From positions 1 through 34,825 of IMG/VR virus record IMGVR_UViG_3300031890_000032: a stretch of 34,825 bases of DNA. One strand, 5' to 3'. This document shows, in pieces, positions 27,099-34,825 of the stretch. The position numbers and the translations under genes are program-made. The stretch is from a virus. Taxonomy: Duplodnaviria > Caudoviricetes. The notes beneath the pieces are model-generated. The model made no database searches. It saw only the letters and a program-made list of their open reading frames with translations, and was not told the DNA's origin. The stretch's first letter is position 1. Each line of letters starts with the position of its first letter.

Positions 27099-27560
27099 TT
27101 ACTTGCGTCGGGGCCGCTTGGGCACGGCGGTGGCCAACGGTGCGGGGGGCGGCAAGCCCTTTTGCCGGTGCACCGTGGCACGGCCAGCGTCCAGCTCGGC
27201 CACCATCTGCTCGTAGTAGTCCGCCGGCGCACCCTGCACGCGGGTGCGTTCGTCCTTTTGAAACAGCGGGATCAAGCCCATTGCACTGCCTCCACTGCCC
27301 AAGTCGTCGGTGCCGATGTCTGGCCGTTGCTGGTCGCCACCACCGAACGCCTTGAGCGCCTCGATAATGATCTCCGGCAGCATGAACAGCGGCGGATGCT
27401 TGGCCCACCACCCCACGGTGCGCAGGTAGTGCGGCAGGTCGAGCGTGTTGTAGATGCGCTCGCGACTCCAACCGAATGCCGAGGCATACGCACACTCCAG
27501 CTCTGTCCAAAACTGCGGGTCGTCTAGGCCGTAGTAGCTTTCACCAGCGGTTCCTGAATC
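27099..27560 (-). CDS. Tail assembly chaperone, downstream (gpT-like) part, probably expressed by -1 frameshift
   Basis: Open in the -1 frame relative to the upstream chaperone and overlapping its 3' end; ASAFGWSRERI...L.LP...WW.KHPP motif; directly precedes the tape measure. Confidence 0.7.
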   Translation of the reverse strand, partial: DSGTAGESYYGLDDPQFWTELECAYASAFGWSRERIYNTLDLPHYLRTVGWWAKHPPLFMLPEIIIEALKAFGGGDQQRPDIGTDDLGSGGSAMGLIPLFQKDERTRVQGAPADYYEQMVAELDAGRATVHRQKGLPPPAPLATAVPKRPRRK

Positions 27561-28054
27561 TCCGCTACCGTTGCCTCCCTCGTCGGAGTCGCCGGCGCGG
27601 GAGGCGCGGCCACCGGCATCCACGGAGGGCGGTTCAGCTGCAAGCCGTTAGCGGTGAACACGGCTTCCACCATCTGGTTCATGTTCGCCAGGTCGAGTAA
27701 CTCTTCGATCTGATCGCGAGTGATCTCCGGGTAGTTGCGGCGCAGACTGCGCTCGAGAATGGTCACAGCAGCGGCAATGCCCTCCACCACGGGGGCGGAG
27801 TCTTCGCCATCGACAGTCACCTTCTCGATCTTCTTGAGCAAGCCTTCGGCAGCGGTCTTGCTCAGGTCACGCAGCAGCATGGCCGGCACAAAGAAGCTGT
27901 ACCCACCCAGCACCAGCACTCGACCGCTGATGGGGTTGCGCTTCAGGCCAGGCCACGGCTCGGGGCCGATGTACTGCCCGTCGGCGTCCAGGTACGTGGG
28001 CGGTGGGGCCGGCGTGGGCGGCACAGGGGTTGGAGTAGCGGCATCGTCAGCCAT
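27524..28054 (-). CDS. Tail assembly chaperone (gpG-like, 176 aa)
   Basis: AGGAGG RBS; between tail tube and tape measure; LGG..F.VP...SLRRNYPEITRDQIEELLDL.N motif. Confidence 0.85.
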   Translation of the reverse strand: MADDAATPTPVPPTPAPPPTYLDADGQYIGPEPWPGLKRNPISGRVLVLGGYSFFVPAMLLRDLSKTAAEGLLKKIEKVTVDGEDSAPVVEGIAAAVTILERSLRRNYPEITRDQIEELLDLANMNQMVEAVFTANGLQLNRPPWMPVAAPPAPATPTREATVAEIQEPLVKATTA

Positions 28055-28172
28055 AGCAGGGTCCTCCTAGACTGTTGGCGGTGGGCTCCGTGGAGCGCAC
28101 CTGGGTGGTGGTGGTGGTGTTGGGCGCTGCCACCGTGGCCGGGCACGGCGAGAGCACTATAGCGGGGGTGCA

Positions 28173-28264
28173 GGTCGCGCTAGCCGCAAAGGAGGCGGCG
28201 CATCAGCGACTGCCCCCAGGGAAGGCTGGGAGGCAGCCGTGCGCAGGATGCGACTAGCGCGACC
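28173..28264 (-). ncRNA. Candidate structured cis-RNA: ~92-nt extended hairpin between tail tube and chaperone genes
   Basis: 16-bp outer stem (minus strand GGTCGCGCTAGTCGCA / TGCGGCTAGCGCGACC, one G-U), GCGCA/TGCGC middle stem, and ~13-bp inner stem CGGCTGCC(T)CCCAG / CTGGGGGCAGTCG. Confidence 0.55.
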
Positions 28265-28278
28265 AGCTTGGCAGCACG

Positions 28279-29112
28279 CTAAGACGCAGTGGCGTTGGTC
28301 AGCAGGTTGATGAAGCCAATGTCGTCGTTGGCATCGGCAAAGGCGCTCAGGCCGATGTCGATGTGGCTCCAGTCGTCGATGCGGCTGGCCCACTTCAAGC
28401 CGTGGGGCACCACTTGGTTCAGCTCCATGACCATCTGCTTGGCATCGCTGATCCCCTGGAACACGCCAGCGCATACCGGCGACAGGCCGATGATGACGTT
28501 GTTCCAATCGATCTTCTGTACGCCGGTGCCGCTGGCCACCGAGTACACGTAGGTGATCTGGATGCCATAGCCCACGTCGTCCGAGCCGAAGCTATACGTG
28601 GCCGTAGGCGCAGTCACCGCAACGGAAAACTTGCCGGTGTTGGGCGGGCTGCTAGGGACCGTGGTCACCTGCGTCAGCGGCATGCCCACCAGCGCCGCAG
28701 GGGTGGTGCCGGTGGCCTTGTATACCACTTCGAGGTTGCGCAGAAACTGGCCGGCAATGGTGTTGACCGTGGGCGGTGTGACCGTCACGGTGGCTGCGGC
28801 CACCAGCGGGTTGCCGGTGGCGTCGGTATTGACGATGTGCACCACGTCCACGCCGGGGATGACCTGGCTTTGCAGAATCAAGCCAATCACCAGCGGGTCC
28901 CAGTCGGTGAACTTGGCGGTGCCGTCTATCTTGCCCATGCCGGTGCGCACGTCCACCGGGAAGCGGTTGGCACCGTGCAACTGCTTGATATCCGTCTCGA
29001 CGGCCCAGCTGCCTTCCTGCATGGCGGCTACACCGACGCGAATGTACCCCAGGTCGGTGGCCTGCTTCAGGAACATCCGACCGGAGCCGAACGGGAAAAT
29101 CTGTCTCGCCAT
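28279..29112 (-). CDS. Major tail (tube) protein (277 aa)
   Basis: AAGGAGG RBS; FGSG...QE.S......K.L.G...FPV....G..KI.G.AK N-terminus and AFAD...IG C-terminus; central inserted beta domain; position before chaperones. Confidence 0.85.
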   Translation of the reverse strand: MARQIFPFGSGRMFLKQATDLGYIRVGVAAMQEGSWAVETDIKQLHGANRFPVDVRTGMGKIDGTAKFTDWDPLVIGLILQSQVIPGVDVVHIVNTDATGNPLVAAATVTVTPPTVNTIAGQFLRNLEVVYKATGTTPAALVGMPLTQVTTVPSSPPNTGKFSVAVTAPTATYSFGSDDVGYGIQITYVYSVASGTGVQKIDWNNVIIGLSPVCAGVFQGISDAKQMVMELNQVVPHGLKWASRIDDWSHIDIGLSAFADANDDIGFINLLTNATAS

Positions 29113-29145
29113 GATACTGGGCCTCCTTTTATAGGCGGTGGAGTG

Positions 29146-29466
29146 TTACTTCTTGGGTGCGGCACTGCTGGGCGCGGCAGCAGGCTCCGGTACGACTTCG
29201 GCATCGCCTTGCGCCACCAACGCATCGGCTACCGTTTGCGGAAACTGCCCCAGGCCATCGTAGAAGACGGCGACGCTCTTGCCGTCCTTGGTCGTCACAA
29301 ACTCTTCGCCAGCCAGCGGCGTAGGCCGCTTGCGGCGCAGCTTGACCAACTTTTCCGGTGGCTTGGTGGGGTCTGCCGGTGCCGTGGTGACGCCGCTGCT
29401 GGGAACCTGCGGGGCAGAGTCGGTGTCTGCCGCCCCGTCGTGCGGTGGTGCTGGATTGGTTGCCAT
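29146..29466 (-). CDS. Small Pro/Ala-rich hypothetical protein (~106 aa)
   Basis: Start MATNPAPP at 29466 with GGGAG upstream; fits between neighbours. Confidence 0.65.
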   Translation of the reverse strand: MATNPAPPHDGAADTDSAPQVPSSGVTTAPADPTKPPEKLVKLRRKRPTPLAGEEFVTTKDGKSVAVFYDGLGQFPQTVADALVAQGDAEVVPEPAAAPSSAAPKK

Positions 29467-29470
29467 CTGT

Positions 29471-29752
29471 TCAACTCCCATCGGTGAAGATGTTGCGGGG
29501 CTCGCGCATACGGCGAGTGTGCGCCCGGTGTGTGTTGGCTTCGCCAGTAAGTTCGTCAGGCGACGCATAAGCGATCGGGTCCAAGATGTTGCGCTTGGTG
29601 GAGTCATCAGTCGGCAGTGGGCGGAAGCCCAGTAGTCTTGAGACGTCCGCTACACGCTGTTCCAGTTGCCGCACGCGCATTTCCGTCCAGCGTGCCCACG
29701 CCACCCAGAAGCCCGCCGTCACGATCACGCCCAGTGCGGCTAGCCAGAGCAT
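29471..29752 (-). CDS. Small single-pass membrane protein (~93 aa)
   Basis: TGATG overlap with the terminator gene; MLWLAALGVIVTAGFWVAW followed by a short coiled coil. Confidence 0.65.
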   Translation of the reverse strand: MLWLAALGVIVTAGFWVAWARWTEMRVRQLEQRVADVSRLLGFRPLPTDDSTKRNILDPIAYASPDELTGEANTHRAHTRRMREPRNIFTDGS

Positions 29753-30240
29753 CAGTTGGGCACCGCATCTTCCGCACCCGTGGGCGCTAATTCCACCGTG
29801 TACTTGCTGGCCACGTGGTACAGCTTCTGTTGCTCGTCGAAATCTTCCATGAAGCAGGACTCTTGCTCGGTGCAGTTGACCAGCCAGTACGGCGCGCTGT
29901 GCAACAGGGCCGTCAGGTGCTGGCGGTGCAGCAGGCGGCGCACGTCGTAGTAAATCGAGTACGCCCCGCTCAGTCCACCTACCGTGCCGGGGTCGCTGGG
30001 CGTTTCCCACACCCAGATGTCCACCCACAGCTGGCCCTTCATCGCAAACACCACATGCTGATCCGAACCGCTTTCCCAATAGAGCGAGATGGCCGGGTAG
30101 TTAACCTTAGAGACCGCAGAGAGATGGTTGAGGAACACGGCCCGATGATCACGAGTAGCACCAGGAGCCCAGGCCAGCTTTGGCGCTAACGCGGCATCTG
30201 CAAGAAGCACAGAGCGCACCCGGCTTTTGAACTCGATCAT
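29752..30240 (-). CDS. Tail terminator / tail completion protein (162 aa)
   Basis: VRSVLLAD..L...YPAISL...VDIW...FDEQQKLYHVASKY pattern; position between gp10-like and tube genes. Confidence 0.8.
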   Translation of the reverse strand: MIEFKSRVRSVLLADAALAPKLAWAPGATRDHRAVFLNHLSAVSKVNYPAISLYWESGSDQHVVFAMKGQLWVDIWVWETPSDPGTVGGLSGAYSIYYDVRRLLHRQHLTALLHSAPYWLVNCTEQESCFMEDFDEQQKLYHVASKYTVELAPTGAEDAVPN

Positions 30241-30773
30241 TGTGCGCCCACGGCCTTGGCCACATCGTTGATGCCGACGCGCAAGGTGGCATGGATTTCG
30301 CTGCGGGCTCGCAGCGCCCCAATGCCCAGAAAGTCACGGGGGATCATGCGGCGCGTGCCCTTGATGATCCACGGGGCATAGGGAGCCTTCTGTATATCCA
30401 CGCCCACCACCGCGAGAATGCTGTTGCCGACGCGATTCACGCGGTTGTACAGGGCATCCCACAGCGTCTTGCTTTGTACGTGCACCAGCTTGATGTCGTG
30501 GCCCAGGGACTGCTCGCGCTGCAAGCGGGCTTCCTTGTGTATGCCGCCCTGCCACTGGCCCTTCTTGTTCTGGCGCATGTAGCCGCCACCGGCCACGCGG
30601 TACGGGTGACCCAACTTGGCCAAGTCCTTCAGCGAGTGGTCGTGGATGCCAATCTGGTCGCGCACGTAGTGCTCCAGCACCGCGTTCACGTCACGGCAGA
30701 TGGGCAGCAACGCATCGGCCATCGCATCGCACCGCTGTTGCAGACTCGCAGCTATGTCGTCGGCTTGGGACAT
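30237..30773 (-). CDS. HK97 gp10-like neck/tail completion protein (178 aa)
   Basis: VHVQS.TL...VG...APYA..I..GTRRM.PRDFL motif. Confidence 0.8.
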   Translation of the reverse strand: MSQADDIAASLQQRCDAMADALLPICRDVNAVLEHYVRDQIGIHDHSLKDLAKLGHPYRVAGGGYMRQNKKGQWQGGIHKEARLQREQSLGHDIKLVHVQSKTLWDALYNRVNRVGNSILAVVGVDIQKAPYAPWIIKGTRRMIPRDFLGIGALRARSEIHATLRVGINDVAKAVGAQ

Positions 30774-30892
30774 AGGATGCTGCGGCGTGGGGTCAGCCGG
30801 TCTCTTGAGTAGTGATCGGGAGAATCACACTCGCTTCAGCTGACGCCCACGCCGCCCGTTCTCGCGGTGAAGGGCGCGAGAGACGCTCTCCG

Positions 30893-31123
30893 CTACGTCA
30901 AGTCGGTTAGCACGACAGACATCGCAGTCTTGGCCGCGCCGGCGGGCAACACGCGGTTGATCTCGTTGGCGATGCGCAGCATGTCTCGCACGCCGTTGAT
31001 CGCCGTGTCGACCAGGATCACCGGGTCTACGCCAACCGGCAAGCCCCCAGGCCCCTGCTGATCGGTGGGAACCACCAGCGCCGTGGCGACTGCCTTGAGA
31101 TCCGTCATCAACGTTCCAGCCAT
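30893..31123 (-). CDS. Small hypothetical protein (76 aa)
   Basis: GGAAGGAG RBS, co-oriented. Confidence 0.65.
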   Translation of the reverse strand: MAGTLMTDLKAVATALVVPTDQQGPGGLPVGVDPVILVDTAINGVRDMLRIANEINRVLPAGAAKTAMSVVLTDLT

Positions 31124-31153
31124 TTTCCGTTCTCCTTCCTCTCTGTAGCCGCA

Positions 31154-32164
31154 CTACGCGGCGCTTGCAAACATGCCTGAGCCGTCGCCGTCGTCTTGCC
31201 CCGGCAGCGCCAGCACCTGGTCCTCGTAATCGTCGTCCGGTTCCGGTGGTTCCCAATCTGGGTCGTCCAACTCATCGTCGTCGGCCCACTCTTCGGTCAG
31301 GTCGCACATGCAGTTGGGGTGGCTCTTGGGCAGAAACGCATCGTAGTACACCCCAGGGCCGTGCGGGTGGCCCACGTCGGCCGTGGCCAGCATCTCGCAC
31401 ACTTCGTCGCCCTGCTTGCTGTACTTGTGCGAGTCGCTGAGGGTCCAACGCCACCCGATGATCTGCGGAGCCAGGCCAGCTGTTTCCATAGCGGACATCA
31501 AGTGGTCCGCCTCGCGGGCCAGGTCCCGGATGCCCGCCACGGCATAGTACTCGCCACGGCCTACCACCACGTCGTCCAGGGCGTCGTCCACCAGTTCTTC
31601 CGGATCGATGTCGGTTACGTCTTCATCAAACGGGTACGCAATCTTGCGGCGGGCGGGGTCAATGCTGGGGGCATCCTCGTCAACGTCGGCGTCCTCGTCG
31701 TCCGCAGCAGCGCGCAGTGCGGTGCCGCCGGCACGGCGACGCCACGCGTCCCACGTGCTGAAGAACAGCCCCTGCACGTAGCGGTCGCTAGGCCACTCCA
31801 GGTCGGTAATGCGCCAGCCACCCCGACGCTGGTGCGTCAAGGCGCGTAAGGCCACGCGCTGGGCCGCAGCGGCCACCGCAGCCGTTGGAGCAGCCGGGTG
31901 CCCTACCCACGGGTGCGCGTGCGCTCCAGCCACCATAGCGGCTGCCCGCAGCCGTGCCGCCCTGTGCGCCACCGCCACCACCAGCGCACGGCGCGGCTCG
32001 GCCACGTACTGGCGGAAGCGCGCCATGTACTGGCGCTGCACAGCCGCTGGTCCACCAGTGCGCGCGTCGGCCAGCAGCGCACGGCGGAATCGCGCGTACA
32101 GCAACGGCACGGAGTCCATGGCGGTCTTCACGGTCAGCAGCAAGTGGCGGCGGTGCGGCGTCAT
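31154..32164 (-). CDS. MuF / SPP1 gp7-like minor head protein (336 aa)
   Basis: GWRWTLS.SH...D.VCE.LA...GPGVY...P.SHPNCMC motif; acidic C-terminus. Confidence 0.78.
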   Translation of the reverse strand: MTPHRRHLLLTVKTAMDSVPLLYARFRRALLADARTGGPAAVQRQYMARFRQYVAEPRRALVVAVAHRAARLRAAAMVAGAHAHPWVGHPAAPTAAVAAAAQRVALRALTHQRRGGWRITDLEWPSDRYVQGLFFSTWDAWRRRAGGTALRAAADDEDADVDEDAPSIDPARRKIAYPFDEDVTDIDPEELVDDALDDVVVGRGEYYAVAGIRDLAREADHLMSAMETAGLAPQIIGWRWTLSDSHKYSKQGDEVCEMLATADVGHPHGPGVYYDAFLPKSHPNCMCDLTEEWADDDELDDPDWEPPEPDDDYEDQVLALPGQDDGDGSGMFASAA

Positions 32165-32313
32165 TTGCGAGCGTCTTCTTTATCGAGTTGTTCTGCACAG
32201 ATTTCGCACAGTGCACGAGGGCGATCTGTCAGTTCTCCACACGCAGGGCATTCATACCGGCTGCGCGGCAACCGGCACGCCTGTTCCTCGACAATGCGTT
32301 TAGCGGCGCTCAT
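32161..32313 (-). CDS. Small zinc-ribbon protein (50 aa)
   Basis: ATGA overlaps on both sides; CPACG...LCEIC. Confidence 0.65.
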   Translation of the reverse strand: MSAAKRIVEEQACRLPRSRYECPACGELTDRPRALCEICAEQLDKEDARK

Positions 32314-32678
32314 GGCAGCGGTGACGTGTCCCCAGCGGGCATGATTGCGCCAACTTCCAGCTCGGTGTGGCCACCCCAGCGGTGCACCGTCTCGATAACG
32401 CATTCGGCGTTCTCAACCACAGTGCGGTCATTGCGACGTATCGACACGTCACCCCGAATCCACACGTAGTACATTTGCGCGTAGGTATTGGCCAGCCGAC
32501 TGTTGAGTATCTTGCTGTTGCCTTCCGGCTGCACGTGACAGTGCAGCTGCAAGTACGGCCAGGGGTTGTACAGTTCTTCGCCCAGGTCGTTGACGCCGCC
32601 AACGTTCCGGAAGAACGTCAGCTGCTGCCACGTGGGTAGGGACCACGGGCTGATGTGCATGTCCTGGTGCATGTACAT
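32310..32678 (-). CDS. Head-closure (stopper) protein (122 aa)
   Basis: Follows the connector; NDLGEE...W...CHVQP...DVSIRRNDR......C.I..V...HTEL pattern. Confidence 0.75.
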   Translation of the reverse strand: MYMHQDMHISPWSLPTWQQLTFFRNVGGVNDLGEELYNPWPYLQLHCHVQPEGNSKILNSRLANTYAQMYYVWIRGDVSIRRNDRTVVENAECVIETVHRWGGHTELEVGAIMPAGDTSPLP

Positions 32679-32685
32679 AGTAACG

Positions 32686-33711
32686 TCAGCCCCAATACTT
32701 GCTGCGGTAGGGTTCGAGCATGCGCTTGACTTCGCCAGGCAGGATGTCTGGGTCCTTGGTGGCGTGGCTCACGCGGCCCACCGTCCAGTTCATCAGCGGG
32801 CCAAAGCCCTTCAGCCGAACAAACTGCAACGTCACGGCCACGGCGCGCTTCACCCGCTCCGGAATGACACGGAAGCCCGCCTCGTACGTGAATTCCACCT
32901 GGCTGTAGTTCACCAGGAAGAACCCGCTGGGCAACCAGCACTCGCCAGTGTACGGGTTGAATTCGATGTCTTCAGCGCGGATGGGCACAAACCGTGGCGG
33001 GCTGCCCAGCACGGCCATGACGCTCAGGTAGTTGGCGTTGATCTGGTTCAGCGTGCGGCGGTCTCGTCGGCCGTAGCCGTAGCGCCCCACCACGCCGCTG
33101 GCGTCAACCGGGTCGTTAGCGCGCACACTGAAGATGCGCGTGATGGGCCGGTGCGACAGGAGCACCAAGTTGCGGTCCGGCTGTACGTTGTACCGTTCCT
33201 TCTCAAAGATGCTCGGCCACAGGCTGCGGTGCATCCAGTCGTCGCACAGGCCCTGCGCAAACCGTACCTGCTGCACCGTGGGTGGGCCGTCGATGCCGTA
33301 CAGGTTCACCATCTCGTCGGGCGTGGTGTACGGGCGGTCGGGCAGGTAGGCGTTGGCCGTATCTTCCACCGCAAACTGGAACTCCGGCTGGCTGCCATCG
33401 CTCTGCACAAGGTTCTGGCCATTGCGGCTGCCGGTGTTCAGTCGCAGCGTGTAGTACTTGCCGAACGCCGTGGGCGGCATCACCGTGCCCGCCAACGGAA
33501 TGGGGAGGTTCAGCGAGAACACGCCAGGCCCTCGGCGCAAGGTGTACAGAAAATCGCTAAAGCCCGTGACCGGTGTAATGCCATCGACGTCATAGACGTT
33601 GAAGCGCGGTGCCTCGGGGTACTCGTCTGGGTCCACCAGGGTGGTAGGGGACGCAGGGTCGTACAGCGACCATACCGTATGCAACGTCGCGCCTTTGCTT
33701 ACGGTTTCCAT
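32686..33711 (-). CDS. Head-tail connector/adaptor (gp6-like) with an extra N-terminal beta-sandwich domain (341 aa)
   Basis: YTTPDE...AQGLCDDW..R, VEFTYEAGF..IPERVKRA, LPGEVKRMLEPYR motifs; preceded by a ~120-aa extension. Confidence 0.85.
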   Translation of the reverse strand: METVSKGATLHTVWSLYDPASPTTLVDPDEYPEAPRFNVYDVDGITPVTGFSDFLYTLRRGPGVFSLNLPIPLAGTVMPPTAFGKYYTLRLNTGSRNGQNLVQSDGSQPEFQFAVEDTANAYLPDRPYTTPDEMVNLYGIDGPPTVQQVRFAQGLCDDWMHRSLWPSIFEKERYNVQPDRNLVLLSHRPITRIFSVRANDPVDASGVVGRYGYGRRDRRTLNQINANYLSVMAVLGSPPRFVPIRAEDIEFNPYTGECWLPSGFFLVNYSQVEFTYEAGFRVIPERVKRAVAVTLQFVRLKGFGPLMNWTVGRVSHATKDPDILPGEVKRMLEPYRSKYWG

Positions 33712-33746
33712 CGCGTGTCGTACCCTGCGTGGCTTCTCCCCAGGGA

Positions 33747-33980
33747 CTACTTGCAGAATCCCGCTGCGCGCAGCTGCTCCAGCAGCTGGGCGGGCACAGC
33801 ATCGTTGCGGCCTTTCATGAACGACACGACGCGCTGCTTGCGGTAGTTGCCCGCATCGTCCTGGCCACTGGACTCGTCCGCCAGGTACACGGTGTGGATG
33901 CCCCGGCGTTGGTCGTGGCCGTCCTCACTGTTGGGGCCTGCCAACTCGCCCCGACGGGTTACTATCTTCACATCAGCCAT
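33747..33980 (-). CDS. Small hypothetical protein (77 aa)
   Basis: AAGGAG RBS; lies between capsid and connector genes. Confidence 0.7.
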   Translation of the reverse strand: MADVKIVTRRGELAGPNSEDGHDQRRGIHTVYLADESSGQDDAGNYRKQRVVSFMKGRNDAVPAQLLEQLRAAGFCK

Positions 33981-34016
33981 GTCACTGGTCTCCTTCCGGC
34001 AGTTGGTGCCGGCCCG

Positions 34017-34559
34017 TTACTTCTTCTTGTGCGGGTCAGCGTGCGGCGGTGCAGCGTGCGGGTCGTGCTTGGTGGGCGTATCCTCCTCGTCGGCCGCAGC
34101 TGCGGCCTTGGGCGGTGCCTTGCCACCGCTGTACGACTCCAACAAGTCCAGGAGTGCGGCCCGCGCCGCTGTGCCGCTCAGCTTGCCCTTGTGCTTGGCG
34201 AGAAAGTAATCGACCCACGCGGCAGCGTCAGCGCCGGCCTTGGGCTTGCCAACCTCGGGGTCCATGCCGTAGTCCCGGTGTTTGATCACCGGCTCCGCCG
34301 CCGGAGCATCAGGCGGTGGCTTGCCCGCAGGCCACTGCGCCTCTGCGGCTGCCTGCTTGGCTTCCTCTTCGGTGTGCACCGCCTTGACGCTCGGCTGATC
34401 TTCCTTGGCGTCGGGCGGTGCCTTGCCAGCGGGCCACTGGTGTTCGTCGCCGGCGTGGTGGGTCTTTGGCTCCACGGTGGACGGGAACTTGCGCGGATCG
34501 TTCACTGCCGGCTGGGCGTGCGGGTGTTGTTCGGGGTGGTGCGGGTCCTTGGTCGCCAT
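34017..34559 (-). CDS. Disordered Pro/Ala/Lys/His-rich protein (180 aa) with duplicated QWPAGKxPPDA
   Basis: AAAGGAGG RBS; internal 11-aa repeat; short helical core (WVDYFL...LLDLLESY). Confidence 0.75.
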   Translation of the reverse strand: MATKDPHHPEQHPHAQPAVNDPRKFPSTVEPKTHHAGDEHQWPAGKAPPDAKEDQPSVKAVHTEEEAKQAAAEAQWPAGKPPPDAPAAEPVIKHRDYGMDPEVGKPKAGADAAAWVDYFLAKHKGKLSGTAARAALLDLLESYSGGKAPPKAAAAADEEDTPTKHDPHAAPPHADPHKKK

Positions 34560-34599
34560 TGCTGTTGCCTCCTTTCGGCTGCTCGAACAGCAGTGGGTG

Positions 34600-34824
34600 C
34601 TACGGCCGAACGATGGTACCCACGCTGTGCGCGTAGGTGACGCGGTTGGCGTCCACTTCGGCGCTGGTGCCCGGATCGGCCTTGCCCTTGAACACCGGCG
34701 CGCCGAACATCACGCCCACGTACTGGGTGGCCAAGTTGCCCAGCAGTCCCAGGACGAACACGCGCGGCTCCGGGGTGGTGATGTAGTGGTACTCGATCAG
34801 GTCCTCGGAGACGATGACGCAGTA
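34600..34824 (-). CDS. Probable major capsid protein, C-terminal 74 aa (partial)
   Basis: Hand translation YCVIVSEDLIEYHYITTPEPRVFVLGLLGNLATQYVGVMFGAPVFKG...AHSVGTIVRP*; strongly biased codons; upstream of the neck genes. Confidence 0.72.
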   Translation of the reverse strand, partial: YCVIVSEDLIEYHYITTPEPRVFVLGLLGNLATQYVGVMFGAPVFKGKADPGTSAEVDANRVTYAHSVGTIVRP

Positions 34825-34825
34825 G

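Larger units (their letters stand above)
1..34825 (-). mobile_element. Late/structural gene region of a tailed phage or prophage (siphovirus-like); extends past both window ends
   Basis: Canonical order capsid > connector > closure > gp10-like > terminator > tail tube > chaperones > tape measure > Dit > hub > minor tail. All genes are co-oriented with frequent ATGA/TGATG overlaps and GGAGG-type RBSs. No sheath gene, no host housekeeping genes. Confidence 0.93.

Noticed and set aside
28173-28264. SRP (4.5S) RNA or tRNA identity for the long hairpin
   Set aside because: Lacks the SRP domain IV tetraloop and internal-loop consensus and has no cloverleaf; kept only as an unassigned structure.
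7430-29135. Shared late-promoter motif (TATAGT/TACTAT/TATAAA-like hexamers near 7440, 28158, 29130)
   Set aside because: Too short and inconsistent, with no properly spaced -35 or common flanking motif.
18876-34825. Contractile injection system, tailocin or RcGTA-type element
   Set aside because: No sheath or contractile baseplate wedge genes; capsid, connector, MuF and a long tape measure indicate a siphovirus-like phage. Domestication cannot be excluded from this window alone.

Overview
GC-rich window with every credible gene on the minus strand. It is the late (structural) region of a tailed phage or prophage with siphovirus-like organisation and no tail sheath gene. From right to left: the 3' end of a probable major capsid gene, head-tail connector, head closure, MuF/gp7-like protein, HK97 gp10-like protein, tail terminator, tail tube, a tail assembly chaperone pair overlapping in the -1 frame, an 1142-aa tape measure, Dit-like and hub-like proteins, and three paralogous minor tail proteins. 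The unusual part is 1-15629, the position normally used by tail fibres and lysis genes. There, seven of eight consecutive genes encode proteins with classical cleavable signal peptides. They share a modular toolkit: mucin-like Thr/Pro stalks, LamG-like, DNRLRE/CBM96-like and NBR1-Ig-like domains, a beta-helix tailspike-like domain, Cys pairs bracketing domains, and a mobile CTGxGxPxxCCTGxGxGxC module. One of these is a >1650-codon ORF (4956 to beyond base 1) missing from the supplied ORF track. The motifs are reminiscent of Candidatus Binatia/Deltaproteobacteria proteins (inference). All family calls come from motif recognition and synteny, not database searches.
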